Source: Thermoproteota archaeon
GTDB lineage: Archaea; Korarchaeota; Korarchaeia; Korarchaeales; Korarchaeaceae
Direction: 5' to 3'
DNA length: 64,000 nt
Assembly (NCBI GenBank): GCA_027491435.1
Contig: JAOZFG010000004.1
Coordinates: 160,001 to 224,000, forward strand
The notes below the pieces were generated by a model. The model ran no database searches, was not told the origin of the DNA, and saw nothing but the letters and a program-made list of their open reading frames with translations. How positions within the stretch are numbered: the stretch's first letter is position 1; each line of letters starts with the position of its first letter. Both the position numbers and the translations under genes were made by a program. This document shows positions 19,704 to 28,669 of this stretch, piece after piece.

Positions 19704-19736
19704 AACTCACCCCTCTCAATTTTTACGGGTTTCCTC

Positions 19737-21062
19737 ATGGATAGTTTCATCTGTTATGTAGTTCCTCTATTTTCTCCTTCAATCATTTTATTTACAGGCC
19801 TACTAATATCTGGGAGATTGGAAGAAGCCCCTCTGACGGGTCTCCTAATATACGTTCCTTTTCTCCTATTTATCAGACAGCCTTTTAATGCTTATGTGGG
19901 TCTACTATTCCTTCCCATAGCGGCTTATGCTCTCCTTAAAAATAGATCTAGATATAAACTAGAATTAGATTACTTACAAATAATTTCTATAATTCTCCTT
20001 ATATATCTAATGCTTTTTAAGCCAATAGTGGCGTCTTGGACTAACCCAGACGACCGCATTCACTATCATGAGATTAAATCTTTTTATAAGGATCCGATAT
20101 CTATGACGTTATATCTCAGATACACTCCTCTATTCTACATATTCGGGGCCGTGATCAGGTCGTTAACTCCCTCACCTCTATGGATGATATCGCTAAGGTT
20201 ACTCTTAGTGATAATAATTTTTATAAATTTTGGGCTATTACGCGATTTATCCTTAAAGACGGGAGCCGATTGGAGGATAACTTCGGCATCTTACCTAGTT
20301 ATAGGGGCTCCCTTTATAGCCTTATTTTCGACGGGCACGTATCCCAACGTGATGATGGACTACCTAGTCCTCCTATCCTTTAAGAAGCTCTTGGAGGGTG
20401 AGAAAAGGTCAGCCTACTTGATTGCCCTTCTCCTACCTGCCCTTCACATAACTTCCCTACTTTACTTGTACTTCCTCCTGATGACCTCGATCAATTCCAG
20501 CGAGAGCAGGATGGCTAAGTACTTGATACCGCCAACCGTCACATCTCTAGCGTTCTTGGTTCTGTACCTGAAGATGCCTGACTACATCAGCCTGTACTTG
20601 GCTAACGGCTTTAGCCCAGAGAACTTATTACATTTTCCCGTGATGTACATACATAGCTTAAAGGCAATAGGGATTGTCGCTTTACTGTCTATCTTATCAA
20701 GAGATCTTAGGAAAAACCCTATAATTATTCTAATGGTTCTGAACATGGCTGTCGCCTACCTGTTCTCGCTCTCCATGCTCGGGGTAGCCTGGCGGATCCT
20801 GCAGGCCTACTCATACCTTTACGGGTGGTCCTTCTCTCTTCTTAAAAATAAGTTGGGAATAAAGTCATATGTGGCAACCGTAGTAATAGCTCTCTCGATA
20901 AGTTCTATATTTTTTGCATCAATGGACGCGTATCAGTATAAATTTATTGACATAATCTGCTCTCACAACTGTATGGCTATGGTCTACGAAAGGCTGTACC
21001 ATAACTTCATTGAGGTGGTGGGATGTGCTGGAGAGCTTATCTCCGGGGTCCCTGGTAGGTAG
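19737..21062 (+). CDS. Polytopic membrane protein, probable GT-C fold glycosyltransferase
   Basis: About 12 TM segments; loop motif PDDRIHY...YTPLFY; AT-richer than flanks. Confidence 0.55.
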   Translation: MDSFICYVVPLFSPSIILFTGLLISGRLEEAPLTGLLIYVPFLLFIRQPFNAYVGLLFLPIAAYALLKNRSRYKLELDYLQIISIILLIYLMLFKPIVASWTNPDDRIHYHEIKSFYKDPISMTLYLRYTPLFYIFGAVIRSLTPSPLWMISLRLLLVIIIFINFGLLRDLSLKTGADWRITSASYLVIGAPFIALFSTGTYPNVMMDYLVLLSFKKLLEGEKRSAYLIALLLPALHITSLLYLYFLLMTSINSSESRMAKYLIPPTVTSLAFLVLYLKMPDYISLYLANGFSPENLLHFPVMYIHSLKAIGIVALLSILSRDLRKNPIIILMVLNMAVAYLFSLSMLGVAWRILQAYSYLYGWSFSLLKNKLGIKSYVATVVIALSISSIFFASMDAYQYKFIDIICSHNCMAMVYERLYHNFIEVVGCAGELISGVPGR

Positions 21063-22218
21063 ATTCCCACATTTTAGAGGCTAACCCTCCAGTATATTTC
21101 ACTTTGTCCACTACTTTTTCGGCGTCTTTCCTCTTCCTTTTGTGCTCATCCAAGAATTTAATGACCTTCTCTGTCAAGTACGCCTTACATTCCCCACAGA
21201 GTATCTCTCCCCTCTTACAGGCCCAGTACCTCTCCTCTAACTTCTTATCGTCGGGCTCGAAGAATATCTCCAACCACTTGAATACCACGCATTTCTCAGG
21301 CTCTCCTCCCTTCTCCCTCTGCTCTTTGGCTGTAGCCCTTCCCCCTGTGAAGGCGAATTTCCATATCTTCCTTTTCACATCTTCTGGGCTATCCGTCAAG
21401 TATATAGCTGTTTCAGGCTTGCTAGCACTCATCTTCCCGGATATTCCCGTGAGAGGGGGGAAGAACTTAGAGTGTATAGCGGCAGTCTTGTAGTAGCCTA
21501 GGCTCTCGGCGTAATCCCTTTGAATCCTCCAGTAGGGATCCTGATCTATTGCCGCAGGTATCAAGCACCTCCTCCTTTCGAAGAAAGTAGGGGCCGCCTG
21601 AATCGCTGGAAAGAATATCATCCCTATCTTGCTCTGTTCGTTGAACCCGAAGACAGCTCTAGCCGTGGAAAAAGTGACCTTCTTAGCTATGGGAAGGGCC
21701 ATCTCATATATTTTAGTGAATTCGCTGTCCTGGAAGATGAACGTCTTGTCCGGGTTAAAGCCTACGGCGACTATGTCCAGGATGTTGTCAAGGGCCCACT
21801 TCCTAGTATCCTCTAAAGTGAGCTCCGGCTTAAAGAAGAATTTCTCATCGTCAGTTATCTGTATGTAAAGGTTGACGTCGAATTTCTCTTGAAGCCACTT
21901 AGTCATGTAAAACGGTATTATGTGTCCAATGTGCATCGGGCCAGATGGTCCCCTCCCAGTGTACAGGAAGAATCCCCTTCCCTCTTCGTAGTCTTTCAAC
22001 ACCAGATCGTAATCCCTATGGGAGAAGAAGAACTTCCTCCTGAGAAATATGGGTAACTCCGACTTGGTAAGCTCCTGCGTCTTTTTAAGTAGGTCATCGG
22101 TTAAGGGTTGAGTTCCAAACCTCTCTATTAGCTTCCTGTAGTCGACTACGCCTTCCACTTCCCAAGGAGTTACAATGAAATCTTCCAGTGAGGTCACCCC
22201 CTCACCAAAATACGTCAC
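21037..22218 (-). CDS. trpS: Tryptophanyl-tRNA synthetase (main frame; probably entered by +1 frameshift from ATG 22228)
   Basis: VTPWEV, LYTGRGPSGPMHIGH, PAAIDQDPY, KMSAS. Confidence 0.97.
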   Translation of the reverse strand: MTYFGEGVTSLEDFIVTPWEVEGVVDYRKLIERFGTQPLTDDLLKKTQELTKSELPIFLRRKFFFSHRDYDLVLKDYEEGRGFFLYTGRGPSGPMHIGHIIPFYMTKWLQEKFDVNLYIQITDDEKFFFKPELTLEDTRKWALDNILDIVAVGFNPDKTFIFQDSEFTKIYEMALPIAKKVTFSTARAVFGFNEQSKIGMIFFPAIQAAPTFFERRRCLIPAAIDQDPYWRIQRDYAESLGYYKTAAIHSKFFPPLTGISGKMSASKPETAIYLTDSPEDVKRKIWKFAFTGGRATAKEQREKGGEPEKCVVFKWLEIFFEPDDKKLEERYWACKRGEILCGECKAYLTEKVIKFLDEHKRKRKDAEKVVDKVKYTGGLASKMWESTYQGPRR

Positions 22219-22228
22219 CCGAGGGCAT
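22202..22228 (-). promoter_or_regulatory. trpS leader ORF MPSGDVFW* with candidate +1 frameshift site TTT-TGG-TGA and internal SD GGGTGA
   Basis: ATG CCC TCG GGT GAC GTA TTT TGG TGA; the +1 frame continues TTT GGT GAG GGG GTG ACC TCA CTG GAA into TrpRS. Confidence 0.75.
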
Positions 22229-22259
22229 ATGCCTGCTCCCCGGGGACTACAAAATAAAG

Positions 22260-22859
22260 TTAATTGGACCCTAACTCCTCGGAGAGAACTTCGCTGACTT
22301 CCTCATAAACCTTGCTGGCTGAAAGCTTTATGCTCTTATCCAAAAGCTCTCCGCTTATTCCGGCAGTTTTCTCTATACTCAAGGCCACTGCCATTGAATA
22401 GGCCTCTGAGATTATACCAACACTCCAGAGGACTCCTTTCTCTAATGACAATATCAAATCAGGCTTTCCCCTTTCAACTAGAATATTTGTGATTTTTATT
22501 AGAATAACCCCTATAAGTGCTAAGAACTGTCTCATAGAGACCCCAAACTTACAATGAGCTAGCCCTACTTTGGAGATTTTAAGAGCATGCCTGTAACCAA
22601 AGCCCTCAGAGAAGAGATTCCTAATACACAATTCAAGCAAATTTTCAGCCGCCTCTCTAGTAAGCCCAACGGCCTTCACTATTTCAAAGGATTCTTTGTC
22701 AGCCAATAAGATATCTACGGCCTCTTTTACAACTTCCTTTAAGCCATCATCACCAAGAACTTTATACACTTCCCTAATATTCTTTATATCCTCTTCAGAA
22801 ATTCTCAGAAACTCTCTTAAATTGGAATGTATCTCTTCAAGTCTGCTTATGAACTCCAA
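22260..22859 (-). CDS. Protoglobin / sensor-globin-like single-domain protein
   Basis: FLRISEEDI N-terminus and KVGLAHCKFGV proximal-His segment; AT-rich. Confidence 0.65.
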   Translation of the reverse strand: MEFISRLEEIHSNLREFLRISEEDIKNIREVYKVLGDDGLKEVVKEAVDILLADKESFEIVKAVGLTREAAENLLELCIRNLFSEGFGYRHALKISKVGLAHCKFGVSMRQFLALIGVILIKITNILVERGKPDLILSLEKGVLWSVGIISEAYSMAVALSIEKTAGISGELLDKSIKLSASKVYEEVSEVLSEELGSN

Positions 22860-22949
22860 AATCTCACCGAAGAGACGACGGTAACTGTTCTAAATAAAAA
22901 TATGCTATACAAGTTTTCTTTACTCGTAATAATGACATGGGTCAACTGT

Positions 22950-23550
22950 GGTTATGACAGGTCTATGGAGTATTGCTCCTTCTCTCTAAATGGCAACGAT
23001 ATGGGGAGCCTTCCCATGATCCTGCTCATCAGTTGAGCGAGCTCATTGTAATTCTCCTGGCTAAGCATGAGGTAGCAGACCCCCCCAAATTACTGGTATT
23101 TTCTTAGCCCCTTATAAGTGACTTTTCGAAACTCAAGAGCTCTTACTGCTAGAATGGAGAGGGACTTGGAAGTCATACCCTAAGTTATAATTTTTATGAG
23201 GTCAATATAATCTCTAAAGGTTGATCCCAATAACAGCAGCTGAAGTTATACCCCTGCCAGATCCGCAGGAACAGGAGTAATTTCCTTACATCTCAACTGG
23301 AGCACATCAGGTAGACTTCATATATCACGTCCCACGACTTGAGGAGGGTCATTACGTGATGAAATGCATATCTATTACCTCTAATTAAAACATTAACCCT
23401 GTCTAGCAACACGATGCTCCCTTCTAAAGACATGAATGGACCTGCTTGGAGGGTTATGGAGCTGCTTTACCTCCGGCAGGTCTGGTAACCTGACGGGCTT
23501 CCCTTCCAGGAGATCCCTCAGCACTTTGCTGAGCTCCAGGTATATTTTCT
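22950..23550 (-). pseudogene. Degraded coding fragments
   Basis: Protein-like stretches (IYLELSKVLRDLLEGKPVRLPDLPEVKQL; MLSQENYNELAQLMSRIMGRLPISLPF) broken by stops, with no start. Confidence 0.3.
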
Positions 23551-23551
23551 A

Positions 23552-24061
23552 TCAGTATGGTGGCACAATAACCACGATCTTATTTGCCAAAAACCTCCTC
23601 AGGTCGTCCAAGCCCTTTAGGATGAACGTGTCGACTACCTCGTAAGTTTCTACCCTGGTGTTGCCAGCTATTATCACCACCGGGACCTTACCTATCCTCC
23701 TAAAGAAGTAGTATCCATTGTACGGCTTCTCCAAGAACTCCTTCTCCCTATCGGTGAGCATCTTCCCAACTATCTTGCCAATTCCCTCCGGAGCCTTATG
23801 TCCCCCCAACACCACAACTATCTTGGCCCAGCTGAACGATTCGTCGTAGTGCTCTGGCGACCTTACTTCAGCGTCAATCCCCATACCCATCAACGCTTTC
23901 TGTAACTTGGTGGCGGCAGGCCTATCAATGCTGTTAGATATGATGGCCACAGGCCCACTTAAATCAGCAGCTGTAATCGCTACAGGAGTTAATAGGATTG
24001 CCATAACGAGCACAAGGGAAAGCTTGGACCAGCTCATCACTATCAGGGCCGGGGACGGCAT
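23552..24061 (-). CDS. Secreted/cell-surface protein (S-layer-associated domain)
   Basis: Signal peptide; NSID..AA, VVVLGGHKAPEG, IIAGNTR..T. Confidence 0.65.
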   Translation of the reverse strand: MPSPALIVMSWSKLSLVLVMAILLTPVAITAADLSGPVAIISNSIDRPAATKLQKALMGMGIDAEVRSPEHYDESFSWAKIVVVLGGHKAPEGIGKIVGKMLTDREKEFLEKPYNGYYFFRRIGKVPVVIIAGNTRVETYEVVDTFILKGLDDLRRFLANKIVVIVPPY

Positions 24062-24120
24062 AATAAGGTTTCCATGTTCAAAATCAAACTATTTTTATTT
24101 GTACGTCGTATCGTCAACTT

Positions 24121-24179
24121 GGCCTATGATGAGAATTCCTTCGCCGGCATCAATGACGACCGACGGGCGGCCTGAGGCC
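24121..24179 (+). ncRNA. Box C/D methylation-guide sRNA; D guide targets the 16S rRNA C1402 equivalent
   Basis: GGCCT/AGGCC terminal stem; C box ATGATGA 24126-32; C' ATGACGA 24153-59; D box CTGA 24172-75; guide GACGGGCGG complementary to universal 16S CCGCCCGUC. Confidence 0.85.
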
Positions 24180-24374
24180 GCCTACCTATCTAACCTCACA
24201 TGTCTAGGCCTTCGGGGGCTGCTGGGGATAGCTTATGAGTTATGATAGTCACATGCCTATCAGGATCTTATCAGGCGCAGCCCCTCCTGGAGAGGGTTCA
24301 GGAAGGGGGCTTTCCTCCGCAAGATACCCAAACCCTCTTTTATATACACAGGCCCTATTTCAGGGTGTTGAGGG

Positions 24375-26060
24375 ATGGGAGGAGAGGCCGTTCATATAGG
24401 AGGAATAATCTACATGACCATAGCCGTGTCCCTAGCCGTTCTATACAACAGGATAAGCCCGATAGTAATCCTCCCATCCCTCATGATCGCATCCCTTATA
24501 GGCAAGGCCTTTGGCGTCGCTCCCCCACTGATAATAGCCTCTCTGAGCCCTTTCGCTTTAGCTCTCTTAGTGTTCACGGCAGGTATTGAGCTGGATACCG
24601 ACTTCTTCAAGAAGGAGAAGGAGAGGCTCCTTTTCTTCATATTCGTTGAAGCCTCCATAATACTGACCCTATACGGGATCCTCAGGACCGTGTGGTCTTG
24701 GGAGATGGCCCTAACCTTAACGGCCATAATGATCGCATCAAATGAGGCCTTTGCCTATGAGTTGGGAAAGAAGATTGATAAGACCCTCGCTAATTACGGG
24801 ATAGCTATATCCATAATGGAGGACTCCCTGGCCATATTGCTAGCTTCAATAGGCTATTTCACTTCTCTAAAAGTCTCTCAGGAGGTGTTAGTGGCCGTTA
24901 CAGCTTGGAGCCTCCTGTCAATAATAGTGTCTTACTTTATCTCCATCTGGATAGACAGGATGATTAAAAGAGCTAGGGAGTTGAGCACTAAAGTCCTGAT
25001 AACCCTCCTCTACCTGCTCATACTAATCTCGATGTCAGAGCTAATGCACATGCCTGAGGCGCTAATAGTTTTCATAGGGGCCATAGCGATAGCCTTTAGG
25101 GGGTTTGACAAGGAGACTCTGAAGGTCATAGAGAGCTTCATGATCCTTGCTTTGATGGGCTTCGTGATGAGCCTGCCGTACGAGGTAACCTTAAAGGGGG
25201 CCCCCACGTTATTTGACGTGGGAGTGATCTACTTTAAGGCAGTGTTGCTCGGCTTCATCTTGGCAATTTTAGCCTTCATTATAAGGTTTGCAGCCCTCTT
25301 CTCAGCTTTCTTCTTGAGCGGGATAGAGTTCATGAGGGGGCTGAGGCTCAGCGTCGCTCTAGCTAACACAGGTGAATTTGGGCTAGTAGTTCTAGCCACA
25401 CTCCTAGCTGGCGGTCTGGAACTCCCTCCCGAGGTGGCTTTAGGCGCCATGTTCGCCTACGCCTTTAACCTGACCATCTTAAACCTGTTAGTCAATAGGA
25501 TAGGCCCCATTATAGCCTGGATGACTCAAGGTCCCACGGCGGAGATAATGGAGAAGGTTAGGGAAGCCCATAAAGAGGTGAAGCTCATAGTAGATGGGCT
25601 ATTCTCAGACGTTAACTTCAAGAGGCACATATACGAGCTCATATTCCTGGGCACTATGACCTATTTCTTGACGGGCCTATTCTACAGAGTAGCTGAGAAT
25701 CCCTTGCTGTCCCAAGTGGTCGTGGTGCTTATGACCTCCGCCCTATTCTCGTCCCTGTTCGTCGTGTTTAACAGGATATCCCAGGACTTGTTGAGGGCTG
25801 GCGCAGGTTTCTCTTACAACAAGGCTTTCAGCTCTATACTGAGAATTCTAATAATTTACGTGATACTTCTGCCGTTGATAGGGCTGGTGAGCGACCTAAT
25901 AAGGAGGAGTATCAAGGTAACCTTCTCAAACCCCCTGATCTTCCTGTTGATAGTGTTCTTCTCAGTGTTCTTCGTGAAGATGGCCGACTCGTTCATAAAC
26001 ATGCTGTCCAAAGGTGTTCCCGGTGAGATACCTGGCGTTGGGCAACCTGACTCTGGATGA
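24375..26060 (+). CDS. Cation:proton antiporter (CPA2/Kef-like) with extra C-terminal TM helices
   Basis: LLVFTAGIELD, SIMED, ANTGEFGLVV motifs. Confidence 0.75.
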   Translation: MGGEAVHIGGIIYMTIAVSLAVLYNRISPIVILPSLMIASLIGKAFGVAPPLIIASLSPFALALLVFTAGIELDTDFFKKEKERLLFFIFVEASIILTLYGILRTVWSWEMALTLTAIMIASNEAFAYELGKKIDKTLANYGIAISIMEDSLAILLASIGYFTSLKVSQEVLVAVTAWSLLSIIVSYFISIWIDRMIKRARELSTKVLITLLYLLILISMSELMHMPEALIVFIGAIAIAFRGFDKETLKVIESFMILALMGFVMSLPYEVTLKGAPTLFDVGVIYFKAVLLGFILAILAFIIRFAALFSAFFLSGIEFMRGLRLSVALANTGEFGLVVLATLLAGGLELPPEVALGAMFAYAFNLTILNLLVNRIGPIIAWMTQGPTAEIMEKVREAHKEVKLIVDGLFSDVNFKRHIYELIFLGTMTYFLTGLFYRVAENPLLSQVVVVLMTSALFSSLFVVFNRISQDLLRAGAGFSYNKAFSSILRILIIYVILLPLIGLVSDLIRRSIKVTFSNPLIFLLIVFFSVFFVKMADSFINMLSKGVPGEIPGVGQPDSG

Positions 26061-26880
26061 AAAGGGGGACTGGATAGGGCTTGGGGGCACCGTAGCTTAC
26101 GGGGCCTGGGCCGCTTTGCACTTCACGAACTCGGTTCTAGTCATCTCTAAGGTAGGGAAGGACTTTAATCTAGATTTATTGACCCCTCTACAGGATCTAG
26201 GAGCGTCCTTCCTTATAGAATTCAACGAGGAAACTGCCAGGTTCAGGAGGGAGAAGGGAAGGCTGGTGATGGTATCGCCAGGGCCTGAGGGATACGAGGA
26301 TCTCCCTTTCCTCCCTGAGAACTTCGATGTGATACACCTGGGCCCTGTCTCAGGGGAATTAAGCGAAGAAACCGTTAAGCGGGCTTTAAAATCCAATTTC
26401 GTGACCATAGACGCTCAAGGTGTGTTGAGGTCCAGGGTTAGGGGGCCCATCAAGTTAGAGGATGGCGAATGGTTGCTAAACAACCGCCTGGATCTGGTGC
26501 ACCTGAACCTGGAGGAGGCTTCCTTCCTGACAGGCCTAGAGGACCCTAGGGAAGCTCTTAATTCCCTGAAGAACTCGTTTAGAGGCGTGTTACTGACGCT
26601 AGGTGAGAGAGGAAGCCTGGTATACTTTGAGGGCAACCTTTGGGAGGTGCCTGCCCTTACCCTAAGGCTGGTGGACCCTACCGGGGCCGGTGACGTGTAC
26701 ACCGCCTCCCTGGCAGTGCTCCTATCCTCGGGAGAGGAGCTTAGAGACGCAATTTCCAAGTCAGTGGCCTTAACTTCTGTTATACTTGAGCACGTTGGAG
26801 TCCCTACAAAGCTAGTCTCCCGGGATGAAATAGAGAGGAGGGCAGAAATGGTCAGATCTAAGATGAAGCGCATCCACTGA
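26023..26880 (+). CDS. PfkB-family carbohydrate kinase
   Basis: GGTVAY, NLEEA, LTLGERGS, VDPTGAGD. Confidence 0.9.
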   Translation: MRYLALGNLTLDEKGDWIGLGGTVAYGAWAALHFTNSVLVISKVGKDFNLDLLTPLQDLGASFLIEFNEETARFRREKGRLVMVSPGPEGYEDLPFLPENFDVIHLGPVSGELSEETVKRALKSNFVTIDAQGVLRSRVRGPIKLEDGEWLLNNRLDLVHLNLEEASFLTGLEDPREALNSLKNSFRGVLLTLGERGSLVYFEGNLWEVPALTLRLVDPTGAGDVYTASLAVLLSSGEELRDAISKSVALTSVILEHVGVPTKLVSRDEIERRAEMVRSKMKRIH

Positions 26881-27064
26881 TGCCTAACGGTTATATTTCT
26901 CGCCTTCTCTGTCTAAGGGGTGGTGCAATAGGACGCACGATGAGCCTCCCGGCCTGATAATAACCTCAATATCCCCGGAGGAGACCTATGAGAACGGGCT
27001 TAGAAGGCTGGATCCCCTTATACTGGGAAGCATATCTCTAATAGGCCTTAAAGAGGATGAAGTC

Positions 27065-27661
27065 ATGGCCAGCGATAGGAGGTTAAGGAGGGCAGGAACC
27101 TTTGAGGTTCCCAGTGGGGTGATGATGGCCCTCTTCGTCCCTACTAGGGCTGGAATGGCAAGGTTAGTTTCTTTAGGCAGGGTTCTGGCTACAGTCTCGT
27201 CAGCGGATTGGGCTAAAGCCTCTCAGGAACCTAATGACATGGAGGAGGTCAGGAGGATAAACTCGGAGGTCAAGGACTTCTTAGGGAGGGAGGTGGTGAC
27301 CCCCCTGGACAGGGTCAAGGACGGGTACTTGATAGTGGCCGAGAACGTGCTCAAGTCTGGGGTTATATTCCCTGGGATGGGGGAGTGGCCTGATGAAGGT
27401 TTTATACTGACCGAAAGCTGGCTCGAACTTTCGAACCTTAAAGGGGGTTTTGCGGGCTTTTGGGGGAGAACCTGGGGCAGGCTCTACGCCATGTCCCCAA
27501 GAGAAGCCCTGACCTTGCTGGTAGGATCTATGGCCTCCTCCCCAACGTTAGAAGGTCTGCTCAACATAGAGAGGGCTGAGAACTTCACCGAGTTAATAGA
27601 TCTTGAGATAAGGAGGCTAAGGTATTTGGGCTGGCACCGCCTTTACAGGGGCATGATATGA
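27065..27661 (+). CDS. Hypothetical protein in lipoate-ligase operon; frame is open upstream to 26888
   Basis: ATGA overlap with lplA; protein-like upstream extension without a canonical start. Confidence 0.6.
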   Translation: MASDRRLRRAGTFEVPSGVMMALFVPTRAGMARLVSLGRVLATVSSADWAKASQEPNDMEEVRRINSEVKDFLGREVVTPLDRVKDGYLIVAENVLKSGVIFPGMGEWPDEGFILTESWLELSNLKGGFAGFWGRTWGRLYAMSPREALTLLVGSMASSPTLEGLLNIERAENFTELIDLEIRRLRYLGWHRLYRGMI

Positions 27662-28389
27662 GGTGGAGACTTCTCCTGATAGAAGGTGACGCAGCCTTTA
27701 ACATGGCCGTTGACGAGGCCCTTATGGTAATTGGCACGCCAACAGTTAGGTTCTACAGGTTCAGGCCTTCAGCGGTGACCATAGGCAGATTTCAAAGGGT
27801 CTCCGATTCAGTTAACTTGGAGGCTTTAAGCGAGTTGGGCATTAAATTCGTCAGAAGACCCACGGGCGGGGGTTCAGTATTCCACGACGAATTGGGTGAG
27901 ATAACCTACAGCGTGGCTGGTCCCAGGGAACTATTTCCCGTCTCCATAGAGGGGAGCCTGAGGTGGATAGCCAAGGGGGTGATTAAAGCCCTCGATGAAT
28001 TAGGCGTTAAGGCCGAGCTATCGGGAATAAACGACGTGGTGGTCAACGGGAGGAAGATATCTGGGAGCGCACAGGCTAGAACTAAGCATAACCTCATGCA
28101 ACACGGCACTCTCATGTATGCCACAGACTTAGAGAAGCTCTCCAAAGTGCTGAGAGCGCCCAAGGAAAAGTTAGCCGATAAGGGGGTTACCTCAATATAT
28201 GAGAGGGTTACCACAGCTTCTCTAGTCCTTAGCAGGAGGATCTCATACGAAGAGGCCTTAGAAGCCATGATAAAGGGCTTCTCCTTCCTGGGAGAGCTTG
28301 AAGAGGGTGAACTAACTGATTCAGAGCTAGAAGTTGTCAGGAGGTTGGTGAGCAAGTATGAGTCGAGGGAGTGGAACTTTAGATATTAG
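27658..28389 (+). CDS. lplA: Lipoate-protein ligase catalytic subunit
   Basis: NMAVDEAL, VRRPTGGGSVFHD, ND...GRKISGSAQ, QHGTL. Confidence 0.92.
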   Translation: MRWRLLLIEGDAAFNMAVDEALMVIGTPTVRFYRFRPSAVTIGRFQRVSDSVNLEALSELGIKFVRRPTGGGSVFHDELGEITYSVAGPRELFPVSIEGSLRWIAKGVIKALDELGVKAELSGINDVVVNGRKISGSAQARTKHNLMQHGTLMYATDLEKLSKVLRAPKEKLADKGVTSIYERVTTASLVLSRRISYEEALEAMIKGFSFLGELEEGELTDSELEVVRRLVSKYESREWNFRY

Positions 28390-28669
28390 GAGGAGGTCCA
28401 GGCAGGGTAAGACGTTTAGGGTATCTCTGGAGCTGAGGGAGGGTAGGGTGGTCAGCTTCACCCTTTCAGGTGATTTCTTCGCCTATCCAGCCGAATCCCT
28501 CGACGAAATAGGTGAGGAGGTTGCAGGTCTAGAGCCGTCGGAGTTCATTAAAGTAGTTGAGTCCCGCCTTAAAGAGGTTGAACTGGCTGGAGTTGATAAA
28601 AAGGAGCTGATGGAAGCGATTAAGGAGCTTCTCTCACCCTTCCTTGGGTCCCACCGCCGGAGAACCTGA
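28358..28669 (+). CDS. Lipoate-protein ligase accessory (C-terminal-domain) subunit
   Basis: V......TLSGDFFAYP motif; directly follows lplA. Confidence 0.8.
   Translation: MSRGSGTLDIRRRSRQGKTFRVSLELREGRVVSFTLSGDFFAYPAESLDEIGEEVAGLEPSEFIKVVESRLKEVELAGVDKKELMEAIKELLSPFLGSHRRRT

Noticed and set aside
24300-24325. GAGGAAAGCCC on the minus strand resembling RNase P RNA conserved region I
   Set aside because: No matching 3' conserved region or P1/P4 pairing is visible, and the segment forms a local hairpin instead.
26935-26965. CGATGA...CTGA resembling a C/D box sRNA
   Set aside because: No second C'/D pair or terminal stem, and the region reads as a probable coding extension.
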